DNA of 64,000 bases from Verrucomicrobiia bacterium (lineage in GTDB: Bacteria > Verrucomicrobiota > Verrucomicrobiia > Limisphaerales > DASXHY01), in the NCBI GenBank assembly GCA_035765675.1, contig DASTXC010000173.1, forward strand, positions 5,644 to 69,643, given 5' to 3'. A model generated the notes under the pieces. That model had not been told where the DNA came from, searched no databases, and saw only the letters and a list, made by a program, of their open reading frames with translations. Below are positions 26,691-34,717 of this stretch, in pieces (position 1 is the first letter of the stretch; each line of letters begins with the position of its first letter). The position numbers were made by a program, and so were the translations under genes.

Positions 26691-26727
26691 CTGCGCCAAC
26701 AGCGTCCAGCCGTGAAGGCTTGGTCCG

Positions 26728-27147
26728 CTATTGTGGCAGCGGCTTTTTCTCTTCCCGCAATTTATTCTTCGGCAGAAACGGCTTCTGAAACGCGTCGTAG
26801 AAATCGTAGCCACCCTGGAAATCATCGCGGCTGTCTTTCTCGGTTTTCGCGAGCAAACCGACTTCGACCATGTTGAAAACGATTTCCCCGAAGTCCTGGC
26901 AGTTGTGAATTCCCCATTCATCGAGGACGGTGATTGCCATCGGGCCGAATTGCGCGAGGGCAAAATCGCGAATGCCGCCGAGCAATTCCTGTCCGCTCAC
27001 GTGGCGCAGGCTGCCGCGGTTTTCCTTGATGATCGTATTCTGCGTGTGATCCAGCGCTTCGCGAACGAATAGATAACCATCGCGACGGTAGCGGGGATCT
27101 CTTTCGAGGATCAGCTCAAGTTTTTCTTCGAACGTTGCTTCGTGCAT
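26728..27147 (-). CDS. Minf_1886-family protein (Verrucomicrobia/Planctomycetes-restricted conserved protein)
   Basis: 'DPRYRRDGYLFVREALDHT', 'RHVSGQELLGGIRDFALAQFGPMAITVLDEWGI' and 'DFGEIVFNMVEVGLLAKTEKDSRDDF' match this small PVC-restricted family as I recall it. Confidence 0.75.
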   Translation of the reverse strand: MHEATFEEKLELILERDPRYRRDGYLFVREALDHTQNTIIKENRGSLRHVSGQELLGGIRDFALAQFGPMAITVLDEWGIHNCQDFGEIVFNMVEVGLLAKTEKDSRDDFQGGYDFYDAFQKPFLPKNKLREEKKPLPQ

Positions 27148-27272
27148 TATCTTTTCGCCTGTTTGGCGGTCGTGACCCCGGTTTCGCTGGCGGGCAGCGC
27201 CGTTGGATGAGCGGTGCGATATGCCTTCACAGCCCAGCCGATCAGCAACAGGCCAAACACGATGCTCAGCAC
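27147..27272 (-). CDS. Possible 41-aa single-TM leader peptide coupled to the Minf_1886-family gene
   Basis: Hand translation from GTG 27272: VLSIVFGLLLIGWAVKAYRTAHPTALPASETGVTTAKQAKR. Its TAA shares one base with the downstream ATG (TAATG). The start is GTG and there is no homology evidence. Confidence 0.22.
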   Translation of the reverse strand: MLSIVFGLLLIGWAVKAYRTAHPTALPASETGVTTAKQAKR

Positions 27273-27459
27273 TGTTTGTTCATGTCGGGTCAGCCGGTTC
27301 ACGCGGAAAACATAATTGAGGCTTCAGAAATCTACAATCAGAGAAGGGAGTGAAGACGGCTTCGGGAACACGAACCAGGAACTCTGAATTTCGAACTCTG
27401 AAGCCGCTGGGGTAAACACCCTAGTTGTGAAATTTCAGAGCGATTTTATTTTGCTGCGG

Positions 27460-27517
27460 TTCCTTGTAATGGTGGTTAGTTAGGTTCGGGCGGCTCTGAG
27501 TGGAGCCGCCTTTTTTT
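27460..27517 (+). ncRNA. Candidate small RNA defined by an orphan plus-strand terminator
   Basis: A strong plus-strand terminator at 27489-27517 has no plus-strand CDS within about 800 nt upstream. Possible promoter: TTGTGA (27425-27430), 16-nt spacer, TATTTT (27447-27452). The 5' end is a guess. Confidence 0.3.
27489..27517 (+). terminator. Rho-independent terminator (orphan; plus-strand orientation)
   Basis: GGCGGCTC-tgagtg-GAGCCGCC followed by TTTTTTT. On the minus strand the hairpin is not followed by a T-tract. Confidence 0.65.
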
Positions 27518-27579
27518 GTACGCGCATCAGGAATTTAGTTGCCGATTGCGAACTCTCCCGCGCCGCGCCACTTCCGCCG

Positions 27580-28083
27580 TTACCGCGCACCGAGTTGCAG
27601 GCGCGGATCGTTTTCCAGCAGGTTTTTCAGATTCGCCCAGTTCGCTTCGTTCATGTCGTTGAACGCGTTCAGATAAACCGCTGTGGCTTCGTGCGGATAT
27701 TTTTCCAACAAGCCATCCACCGCAGCCCGCAGTTTTGCGTCATCGACCTCTTTCGGCAAATCCTCCACCACGCCCTCTTCATGAGTGATTTCGAGCGCGG
27801 TGAGAAAATCGCAGAGCATCGGGCGATATTTTTTCATCAGCCAGGTGCGGATCAGATTGCCGGCGGCAACTTCCAAAGCGGGTTTGCCGAGCGAGGAAAG
27901 CATCGCGGCGTGACGCTGCGGTTTGGCCTGGCGTTCCATGAAAACCGGCCGCAGACGGCGCGATTCCGCAACGGCATTGAGCGTGGCTTTGTAGGTGGGT
28001 TTTTCCGTTTCAGCAATGAACGCAAGGATTTCGTTCGCCAGCGCGGGCGACATGAAGCCGAAAAGTTCGTGGGCGGTCAGCAT
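27580..28083 (-). CDS. Hypothetical protein (167 aa)
   Basis: Clean ORF with a helical-looking, balanced composition, 42 nt downstream of lpxI. I recognise no family. Confidence 0.78.
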   Translation of the reverse strand: MLTAHELFGFMSPALANEILAFIAETEKPTYKATLNAVAESRRLRPVFMERQAKPQRHAAMLSSLGKPALEVAAGNLIRTWLMKKYRPMLCDFLTALEITHEEGVVEDLPKEVDDAKLRAAVDGLLEKYPHEATAVYLNAFNDMNEANWANLKNLLENDPRLQLGAR

Positions 28084-28125
28084 CTTAGTAAATGATATTT
28101 CAAATCAACCGGCAGCCTGGTGAGG

Positions 28126-28947
28126 CTACCCAATGGTTGTGATCGTGATTCTATTTTTATTGGCCAATCGTTCGCAAGCCTCCTGTTCAAGCAGCAGGGT
28201 TCGACCGGCTTCCAGGGCGAGCACGGAAATTTTTGCCGCGGCGCAGGTTTCAATCGTGCGCAAGCCAATGCAGGGAATATCAAAACGCATATCATGATGC
28301 AGCTTCGCCACCTTTACCGCCACCGCGCCGCCGTCTTTGCCGGAAAGTTCACCGCCGCGCGCGAGGCATTTATCCGTGCCTTCGAATCCTTCCACTGCCA
28401 GCACCGTGCCGTTTTTCACGACCGCGATCTGGCCTATTTCCAATCGCGAAATCTCCTTCGCGATCCGAAATCCAAATTCCACGTCGGCTCGCTGTTCGTC
28501 GTTAAGCTTCGGGCCAAGATGAAATCCTGCGGACGGCATCAGCGGCTGCAGCCACGGCGTCGCTTCAATCAATTCCACGCCATCCTTTTTCAATTCGTTC
28601 GCAATGCCGCCGAAAATGGTGTGCGCGTTTTTCTCTTTTAATTTCAACAGCAAGGCCATTGCGCGCAGATCGGGCCGCAGATCATAAAGATTTTTCGGCG
28701 CAATCTGGCCGGCCATGACGCAATGCCTGATGCCGCGATCGGTGAAGGCGGCGATCATTTTCGAAAGCTGACCGACGCGCAGCCAGACGATGTCATCCAC
28801 GAGCGATGCCAACGCAGGATCGGTTTCGCCTTCAAATGCGACGGCGACCAGACGTTTCACACCCATGCTCCGTGCCTGCCGCGCGAGCATCAATGGCAAC
28901 ATGCGATTTCCGGCGATAATGCCGAGCGATTCCGGAATTGAACTCAC
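28126..28947 (-). CDS. lpxI: UDP-2,3-diacylglucosamine pyrophosphatase LpxI (DUF1009 family)
   Basis: 'LGIIAGNRMLP', 'VAFEGETDP', 'HCVMAGQI', 'GQIAVVKNGTVLAVEGFEGTDKCLARGG' and 'VKVAKLHHDMRFDIPCIG' are LpxI blocks. Start set at GTG 28947 because the ATG at 29100 lies inside a REP element. Confidence 0.75.
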   Translation of the reverse strand: MSSIPESLGIIAGNRMLPLMLARQARSMGVKRLVAVAFEGETDPALASLVDDIVWLRVGQLSKMIAAFTDRGIRHCVMAGQIAPKNLYDLRPDLRAMALLLKLKEKNAHTIFGGIANELKKDGVELIEATPWLQPLMPSAGFHLGPKLNDEQRADVEFGFRIAKEISRLEIGQIAVVKNGTVLAVEGFEGTDKCLARGGELSGKDGGAVAVKVAKLHHDMRFDIPCIGLRTIETCAAAKISVLALEAGRTLLLEQEACERLANKNRITITTIG

Positions 28948-29022
28948 GCGCGCGACGTTAACGGGTTTGTTTGTGTTCGCAATTCCAGAATGGAAGGATA
29001 CGCGGGATCCTTCCCTTCGATC

Positions 29023-29126
29023 GGAGCGCGGGTCTGTGACCCGCAGCAACTTCGCAAATCGCAGCGTCCTCTTACCCGCACGCGCCGTGAAGATTCTCAT
29101 TGCTGCGGGTCGCAGACCCGCGCTCC
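29023..29126. repeat. Paired REP-like element, GGAGCGCGG family (26-bp inverted repeats, 1 mismatch)
   Basis: GGAGCGCGGGTCTGTGACCCGCAGCA (29023-29048) versus the reverse complement of TGCTGCGGGTCGCAGACCCGCGCTCC (29101-29126), with a 52-bp spacer. Confidence 0.72.
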
Positions 29127-29136
29127 ATCCACTTCC

Positions 29137-30567
29137 TTATTTTGCGGCGCTGACCTGTTCGGCCAGTTCTTCCGCGGGATACGTCCAGATCTCAGCGAGC
29201 GTGGGATGATAATGCGGCATGGCGGCGAGTTCCTGAACCGTCATGCGTTTCGCCATCGCCGCAATGATTTCATGGATCAGTTCACCGCCCATCGGTCCGA
29301 CGCAACTGCCGCCAAGGATTTCGCCGGTCTGCAGATCAGCCAGCAGTTTCACAAATCCGTCGTTGGCATTCATGATCAGCGATTTGCCGTGATCGTTGAA
29401 CGGATAACTCGCGACGCCATAAGGAATGTTGCGAACGTGTGCGCGTTTTTCCGTCAGGCCAACCGACGCAATCTGCGGTTCGGTGAACACCACTTCCGAC
29501 AACAACCGGTAATCCATCTGCCGCGATTGATTCGGATGGGCGATGTTGTGCGCCGCGGTTTCCCCGTGCTGAATGGCGATATGCACGATCTCGTGCAGCC
29601 CTGTGCAATCGCCGGCTGCGTAAACGTGCGGTGCGGTGGTTTGCATCGCTGAGTTGGTTTTGACGCGTCCGAATTCCAACTCCACGCCGACCTTTTCCAG
29701 GTTCAACGATTCCACATTGGGAACGCGTCCGAGGCCGAAGAAAATTTCATCCGCCAGCACCCGTTTAGTTTCGCCATCGTGCTCGAAGAAAATCTCTTTC
29801 GAACTGCCGAGCTTGCGCGCATCGGTCAGTTTCGTCCCGGTATAAACGGTCATGCCTTCACGACGAAAAACATCTTCGATGACCTTCGCAGCGTCGGTAT
29901 CCATCTCGTGCAAAACGTGCGGGCTGCGTTGGATCAATGTGGTTTTCACTCCGAACCGCGCAAAGAACTGGGCGAATTCCAACGATACGGCGCCACCGCC
30001 GAGAACGATGATCGAACGGGGCAGCTTCGTCAGTTGCAGCGCGGAATCACTCGTCAGAAAACCAACATCATTCAGCTGGGGCAGGGGACTGGGCGCGATG
30101 CGCGAGCCGGTCGCAATGACGAAGTTTCGCGCGGTGATCGTGCGATGCTTGTCCGCAGCGTTGGAATCGGAATGCGCTTTCAATTCCAGCGTATGAGCGT
30201 CAACAAATGCGGCCTGCGCGCGAATGAATTCGAATTTGCCACTGTTGAGCTGTTGCACGCGATAATCCGCGAAGTCTTTGATCATCGCGTTTTTTCGTGC
30301 CATGACCTTGGCGAAATCGAAGGTCACACCTTCCGTGCGAATGCCGAACGTTTCCGGGTGGCTGACGAGATGCATGACCTCGGCCGCGTGCAGCAGAGCT
30401 TTGGTCGGCATGCAACCGCGCAGAATGCAAAGCCCGCCGACTTCTTCGCCGCCTTCAATCACCACGGCTTTCAAACCCGCCGCTGCCGCAGTTCGCGCCG
30501 CCGCATAGCCGCCGCTGCCGCCGCCAATCACCGCCACATCAAAATCAAAACCGCTGTTCGAATTCAT
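29137..30567 (-). CDS. Class I pyridine nucleotide-disulfide oxidoreductase (dihydrolipoyl dehydrogenase / glutathione-reductase-like)
   Basis: FAD motif 'VAVIGGGSGGYAAA', redox-active disulfide 'GGLCILRGCMPTK', NAD(P) motif 'VLGGGAVSLEFA', and C-terminal dimerisation His-Pro 'HYHPTLAE'. Substrate not assignable from sequence. Confidence 0.85.
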   Translation of the reverse strand: MNSNSGFDFDVAVIGGGSGGYAAARTAAAAGLKAVVIEGGEEVGGLCILRGCMPTKALLHAAEVMHLVSHPETFGIRTEGVTFDFAKVMARKNAMIKDFADYRVQQLNSGKFEFIRAQAAFVDAHTLELKAHSDSNAADKHRTITARNFVIATGSRIAPSPLPQLNDVGFLTSDSALQLTKLPRSIIVLGGGAVSLEFAQFFARFGVKTTLIQRSPHVLHEMDTDAAKVIEDVFRREGMTVYTGTKLTDARKLGSSKEIFFEHDGETKRVLADEIFFGLGRVPNVESLNLEKVGVELEFGRVKTNSAMQTTAPHVYAAGDCTGLHEIVHIAIQHGETAAHNIAHPNQSRQMDYRLLSEVVFTEPQIASVGLTEKRAHVRNIPYGVASYPFNDHGKSLIMNANDGFVKLLADLQTGEILGGSCVGPMGGELIHEIIAAMAKRMTVQELAAMPHYHPTLAEIWTYPAEELAEQVSAAK

Positions 30568-30789
30568 GAACGGAGCATGGTGCACCGGCGCGAGGCTGAC
30601 AAGTTTGTGACGAACGCGGATTTCGAACTCGTGTTGTTATGTGGCGCTGGAATTGAGAAGAGTTGGCTATGGGGTTATTGCCGCCGGACCTTGTGAGGTT
30701 GTCACCCGAGTTACAGAAATGCACCGCGGTTTAATACTGGGACGCTGAATTCGTCTGCCGAAAAACAGCGGACGTTTCGAGCCTGACCG

Positions 30790-32706
30790 ATGACCGTTTC
30801 GTTGAGCCGTATTGTTTCGCTCGTGTTGATTTTCTGCGCGCTGAACGTTTTTGCGCAGGTGAACAGTTGGACCAATTCCAATGGTGGAAACTGGCAGCAG
30901 CCCGAATGGTCACTCGGCACTTTGCCTGGAACCAACCAAACGATTCTCCTGACCAACACCGGCTGGAAAGCGCTGGCAATCGAGTCCGCGACCGTGGCCG
31001 AATTTCCGGAAACGCTCACCGTCAATGCGATCCGGATTTCCTCGCCGCCGGATTCCTTCAACACGCTCCTGCTGAATCACGCGGGCGTGGCCAATCCATT
31101 GCGCTCGCAATCTTTGATCCTCGGCAGCAATTCGGCGCTGACACTGGTTCATTCGGCGTTGCGCGTTGATTCGTCCGGAACCTCGGCGTTTTCTGCGAAT
31201 GGCGTTCTCACCGCGACAGAAGATTCGCTGATTGAAGCGCCGTTCCTGTCGCTGGGCGAACTGGGTTCCAGCGTTTTGAATCTGACGAACAGCCAGCTCG
31301 CGGCGGACGTGGAATTTTTCGGCGGCGCATTTCCAGCAACAGTTCATCACGCCAGCGGGACGAATGTTTTCGATTCGCTCCATCTGAACAACGCCGATTA
31401 TTTCTTCTACGATGGCCTTTGCGCCGGCGACATCGTGATCGGTGATAATTTCGCTGCCACGTTTCATCAATCCGGCGGAACACTCGTCGGCCAGGTCGCC
31501 CTCGCGAAGGGTTCGTTTGAACTCTCGGGCGGAAACTATTCGAGCACGGAACTGATTATTCCGGCTCGCGCTTACACAACCACCGGTTCGTTCGTTCAAA
31601 ACGGCGGAACCAATGATACGGCTGCGCTGACGGTAGGAATCGTCGATTTTGGCGGCGCCGGTGAATACAACTTGTCGAATGGCGTGTTGAACACAGAACA
31701 AACGCTGGTCAGTTATTTTGGAACGATGAATCAATCCGGTGGCGAACATAATGTGGCGCGCGCGCTGAATCTTCACGGCGGGATCGTGCTGCGGGGCGGC
31801 GGAGAAGTGGACGCGCTTTATTGTCTCGACGGTGGATCGTTGCGCTCGGACGCCATCGATATTGTGATTGGATCTTTTTTGCAATCCGGCGGGACAAATC
31901 AAACCGGCGATCTGACGCTGGGCCCCCATTATGCCAGGTGCGCGTACACTCTCGGAGGCGGACGATTGGAAACGGTCAACGTCACTGTGAACAGCACCTG
32001 GGCGGGAGGTTTCCTGCAAACCGGCGGAACGCATGTGATTGCGGGTGAACTGAGCGTTGCGGGCGACAATACCTATCATCCCGCGTACACCCTCGAAGCG
32101 GGCGAGCTTTCCGTGCGCGACATTCGTGTGAGCTGTGGAAGCATGCGCCATCTTGATGGAACTTTGGTTCAATCCGGAACGGTGACCCTGGCTGGCGGCG
32201 TCTGGGAAGAGCAAACGGGTTTTCAGAAGCTCGGTCCATTGCAACTGGAAGCCATGGCGGACGTGGAATCAAAAATCGATTTCAACGACGAAAACAGCGT
32301 TCTGCATTTTTCCGCGAGCAGCGACCTGGCTTGGTCGAATGACACCGCGCTTTGGATCGAAAATTGGAATGGTTCGCTTGCGGGCGGCGGAGCCGAACAA
32401 TTGTTCTTCGGCACGGATGCGAATGGGTTGACGCCGCAGCAGTTGAGTCAAATCTGCTTTCACGATCCTGCGGGAGCGCCACCGGGAATTTATCCTGCGC
32501 GAATTCTGGCTAATGGCGAAGTGGTTCCTGGCCCGTTCATGAACTGTGTGCAAACCGAGGGGCAACTCGTGATTCAATGGAACAGCGATTGCATTCTGCA
32601 AACTTCTACGAACATCAACGGTCCATTCGAAGATATGCCGGAAGCCATCAGCCCGTTCACCAACAACTTCGCCGACGCGCAAAGATTCTTCCGGCTGAAA
32701 CGTTGA
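30790..32706 (+). CDS. Hypothetical secreted protein, beta-helix-like Gly/Asn/Thr-rich repeats (638 aa)
   Basis: Signal peptide MTVSLSRIVSLVLIFCALNVFAQ. The N-terminal 'NSWTNSNGGNWQQPEWS' and recurring 'QSGGT...' strands resemble the large surface proteins common in Verrucomicrobia and Planctomycetes. Confidence 0.8.
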   Translation: MTVSLSRIVSLVLIFCALNVFAQVNSWTNSNGGNWQQPEWSLGTLPGTNQTILLTNTGWKALAIESATVAEFPETLTVNAIRISSPPDSFNTLLLNHAGVANPLRSQSLILGSNSALTLVHSALRVDSSGTSAFSANGVLTATEDSLIEAPFLSLGELGSSVLNLTNSQLAADVEFFGGAFPATVHHASGTNVFDSLHLNNADYFFYDGLCAGDIVIGDNFAATFHQSGGTLVGQVALAKGSFELSGGNYSSTELIIPARAYTTTGSFVQNGGTNDTAALTVGIVDFGGAGEYNLSNGVLNTEQTLVSYFGTMNQSGGEHNVARALNLHGGIVLRGGGEVDALYCLDGGSLRSDAIDIVIGSFLQSGGTNQTGDLTLGPHYARCAYTLGGGRLETVNVTVNSTWAGGFLQTGGTHVIAGELSVAGDNTYHPAYTLEAGELSVRDIRVSCGSMRHLDGTLVQSGTVTLAGGVWEEQTGFQKLGPLQLEAMADVESKIDFNDENSVLHFSASSDLAWSNDTALWIENWNGSLAGGGAEQLFFGTDANGLTPQQLSQICFHDPAGAPPGIYPARILANGEVVPGPFMNCVQTEGQLVIQWNSDCILQTSTNINGPFEDMPEAISPFTNNFADAQRFFRLKR

Positions 32707-32845
32707 TTGAAAATCAAATCTTCGGAGTTCACCGGTGAGAGTCTGCCTGGATCAATCGCACCAGACCAAATTTTCACTCGCTCCATTATCAATTTCCTGC
32801 CCTCGCGGCCGAAACGCGACGGAGATGGGATTCTGAGCAAAAAAC

Positions 32846-33179
32846 AAAAACCTCCTCACCCCGGCGCCATCTCCTCCTTCCTTCGTAGGAAGAGAGGGAG
32901 TGATCGGCCGCTTTGATTGACTGACGCTCCTTTCAAATCAGCGCGGTGCTGAATTGCGCTCATTGCAGGGCGCAACTTAACACGCGCACCAAACAACGGA
33001 TCGAGCTTTCGAAAATCCAAACGGCTGATCACTCCCTCTCCGCCGAGCGAAGCCGGAGGAGAGGGCCGGGGTGAGGAGGTTTTTAGCTCAAAATCCCCTC
33101 TCCCTAGCCCTCTCCCCGCGCTTCGCTGCGGGGCGAGGGAATCGAAAATGGTGCGGGTGTCAAGTTGCGCCCTCATTGC
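32846..33179. repeat. Cluster of interleaved inverted repeats (two IR pairs plus an extra hairpin unit)
   Basis: Pair 1 arms are 32846-32910 and 33022-33084 (AAAAACCTCCTCACCCCGG...GAGGGAGTGATC and its near reverse complement). Pair 2 arms are 32958-32990 and 33150-33179 (GCGCAACTTAACACGCGCACC type). A related hairpin lies at 33108-33139. Confidence 0.65.
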
Positions 33180-33379
33180 CTCCGCGCTTCGCTTCGCTTG
33201 ACAGGAAGGGTTTATTGCCGCACTAAGGGAGCCGCATGTATTGCAGCGCGATATTCCAAATGTTTTTCGCAATCATTATTAGCCCCAGGCCGGGGCTTGG
33301 ATAGACGCGCACTGATTTACGCTCTCAATTCCAAAGCCCTGAGTTTATCGCTCGGGGTTTTTTATTTGCTGAAATTTTT

Positions 33380-34627
33380 ATGAATCCATCCACCGATAAT
33401 GTTTCGCTCTCGGAAATCGTTGCTGCGCGCTCGCGTCTGAACGGCACGATCGCCGATGCTCAATGTTTTGAATCCGCTGCTCTGAGCGAACTGACCGGGG
33501 CGCGCATTTTCTGCAAGCCGGAATTTCTTCAACGCACCGGCAGTTTCAAAGAACGTGGCGCGCGCAATGCCCTGACCCAACTTTCGCCCGAGCAGGTGCG
33601 TCGTGGAGTGATCGCCGCATCGGCGGGAAATCATGCACTCGGACTGGCCTTTCATGGACGATTGCTGGGCGTTCCGGTAACGGTCGTGATGCCGCGCTTC
33701 GCACCGTTGGTAAAAGTGGCGCGCTGCCGGCAATTCGGCGCGACTGTGATTTTGCACGGAGACAGCTTCGACGCGGCGCGAGCCGAGGCGGTGCGCCTGG
33801 CTGAGGAACAGCAACTGGCCTACGTTCATCCCTTCGACGATCCGCACGTGATCGCGGGCCAGGGAACGCTGGCGTTTGAAATTCTCGAACAGGTTCCCGA
33901 CGCGGAGGCGGTCGTGGTGCCGGTGGGCGGCGGAGGTTTGCTGGCCGGAATGGCGACGGTGTTGCACGCGTTGAAACCGGATTTGAAAATCATCGGCGTG
34001 GAACCGGCGAATGCCGCGTGCTTTGCTGCCGGACTTGCGGCGGATGGGCCGGTGCGCGTTGCGACCCGATACACGGTGGCGGATGGATTGGCGGTGGCTG
34101 AAGCCGGCCGTCAGACACTCGCAATCGCCCGGCCGCTCGTTCATCGAATGGTGCAGGTTCAGGAAGAAGCGCTCGCGCTGGCGATGTTGCGGTTGGCGGA
34201 ATTGGAGAAGTGCATTATCGAAGGCGCGGGTGCTGCGGGATTGGCGGCGCTGCTCGCCGGACATTTGCCGGAACTTGCCGGACGCAAAGTGGTGCTGCTG
34301 TTGACCGGCGGCAACATTGATCCCCTCGCGCACAGCCGGGTGATCGAGCGTGGTTTGGCCGCGGACGGACGCATCTATCGCTTCGACGTTTTGCTGAGCG
34401 ATCGTCCCGGTGGTTTGGCTCATCTTTCCGCAGTGCTGGCGGATGCCGGTGCGAACGTGACGGAGATCGTTCATAATCGCACCTTCGCCGGCCCCGACCT
34501 GTCGCGGGTTCATGTGCTTTGCACTGTGGAAACGCGTGATCGCGCCCACATCGGGGAAATTCAAAAGCGGCTGGCCGAAAACAATGTGGAACTGGTGCAC
34601 AAACCGATGAGCCCGGCGCATTTTTAA
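33380..34627 (+). CDS. ilvA: Threonine ammonia-lyase (threonine dehydratase) with C-terminal ACT-like domain
   Basis: PLP-lysine motif 'EFLQRTGSFKERGARNAL', 'SAGNHALGLA', 'VPVGGGGLLAG', and a C-terminal regulatory segment 'RPGGLAHLSAVLADAGANVTEI'. Confidence 0.9.
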   Translation: MNPSTDNVSLSEIVAARSRLNGTIADAQCFESAALSELTGARIFCKPEFLQRTGSFKERGARNALTQLSPEQVRRGVIAASAGNHALGLAFHGRLLGVPVTVVMPRFAPLVKVARCRQFGATVILHGDSFDAARAEAVRLAEEQQLAYVHPFDDPHVIAGQGTLAFEILEQVPDAEAVVVPVGGGGLLAGMATVLHALKPDLKIIGVEPANAACFAAGLAADGPVRVATRYTVADGLAVAEAGRQTLAIARPLVHRMVQVQEEALALAMLRLAELEKCIIEGAGAAGLAALLAGHLPELAGRKVVLLLTGGNIDPLAHSRVIERGLAADGRIYRFDVLLSDRPGGLAHLSAVLADAGANVTEIVHNRTFAGPDLSRVHVLCTVETRDRAHIGEIQKRLAENNVELVHKPMSPAHF

Positions 34628-34717
34628 TTGGAGATAAATTCGAGCGATTTACCATGCTCCGCGGTTTTGAACTTTGAAGATTGCTGCGCTCATTCTAGCT
34701 TCTCGGCCGTGAGCGAA

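Noticed and set aside
28948-29100. 51-codon N-terminal extension of lpxI from ATG 29100
   Set aside because: The extension is encoded by the GGAGCGCGG-family repeat element. LpxI homology starts at 'SSIPESLGIIAG', just after GTG 28947. The annotated start could still differ.
30910-32244. 444-aa minus-strand ORF inside the secreted beta-helix protein gene
   Set aside because: Shadow ORF. The plus-strand frame has a signal peptide and coherent repeats, and the minus frame is Arg-rich junk.
32856-33272. 138-aa minus-strand ORF in the 32.7-33.4 kb spacer
   Set aside because: It is composed of the interleaved inverted repeats, and its low-complexity 'SPRPSPPASLGGEGVISR' translation is typical of repeat read-through.
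33362-34621. 419-aa minus-strand ORF covering ilvA
   Set aside because: It is antisense to a threonine dehydratase with a clear PLP-lysine motif. Its Arg/His/Gln-rich sequence has no motifs.
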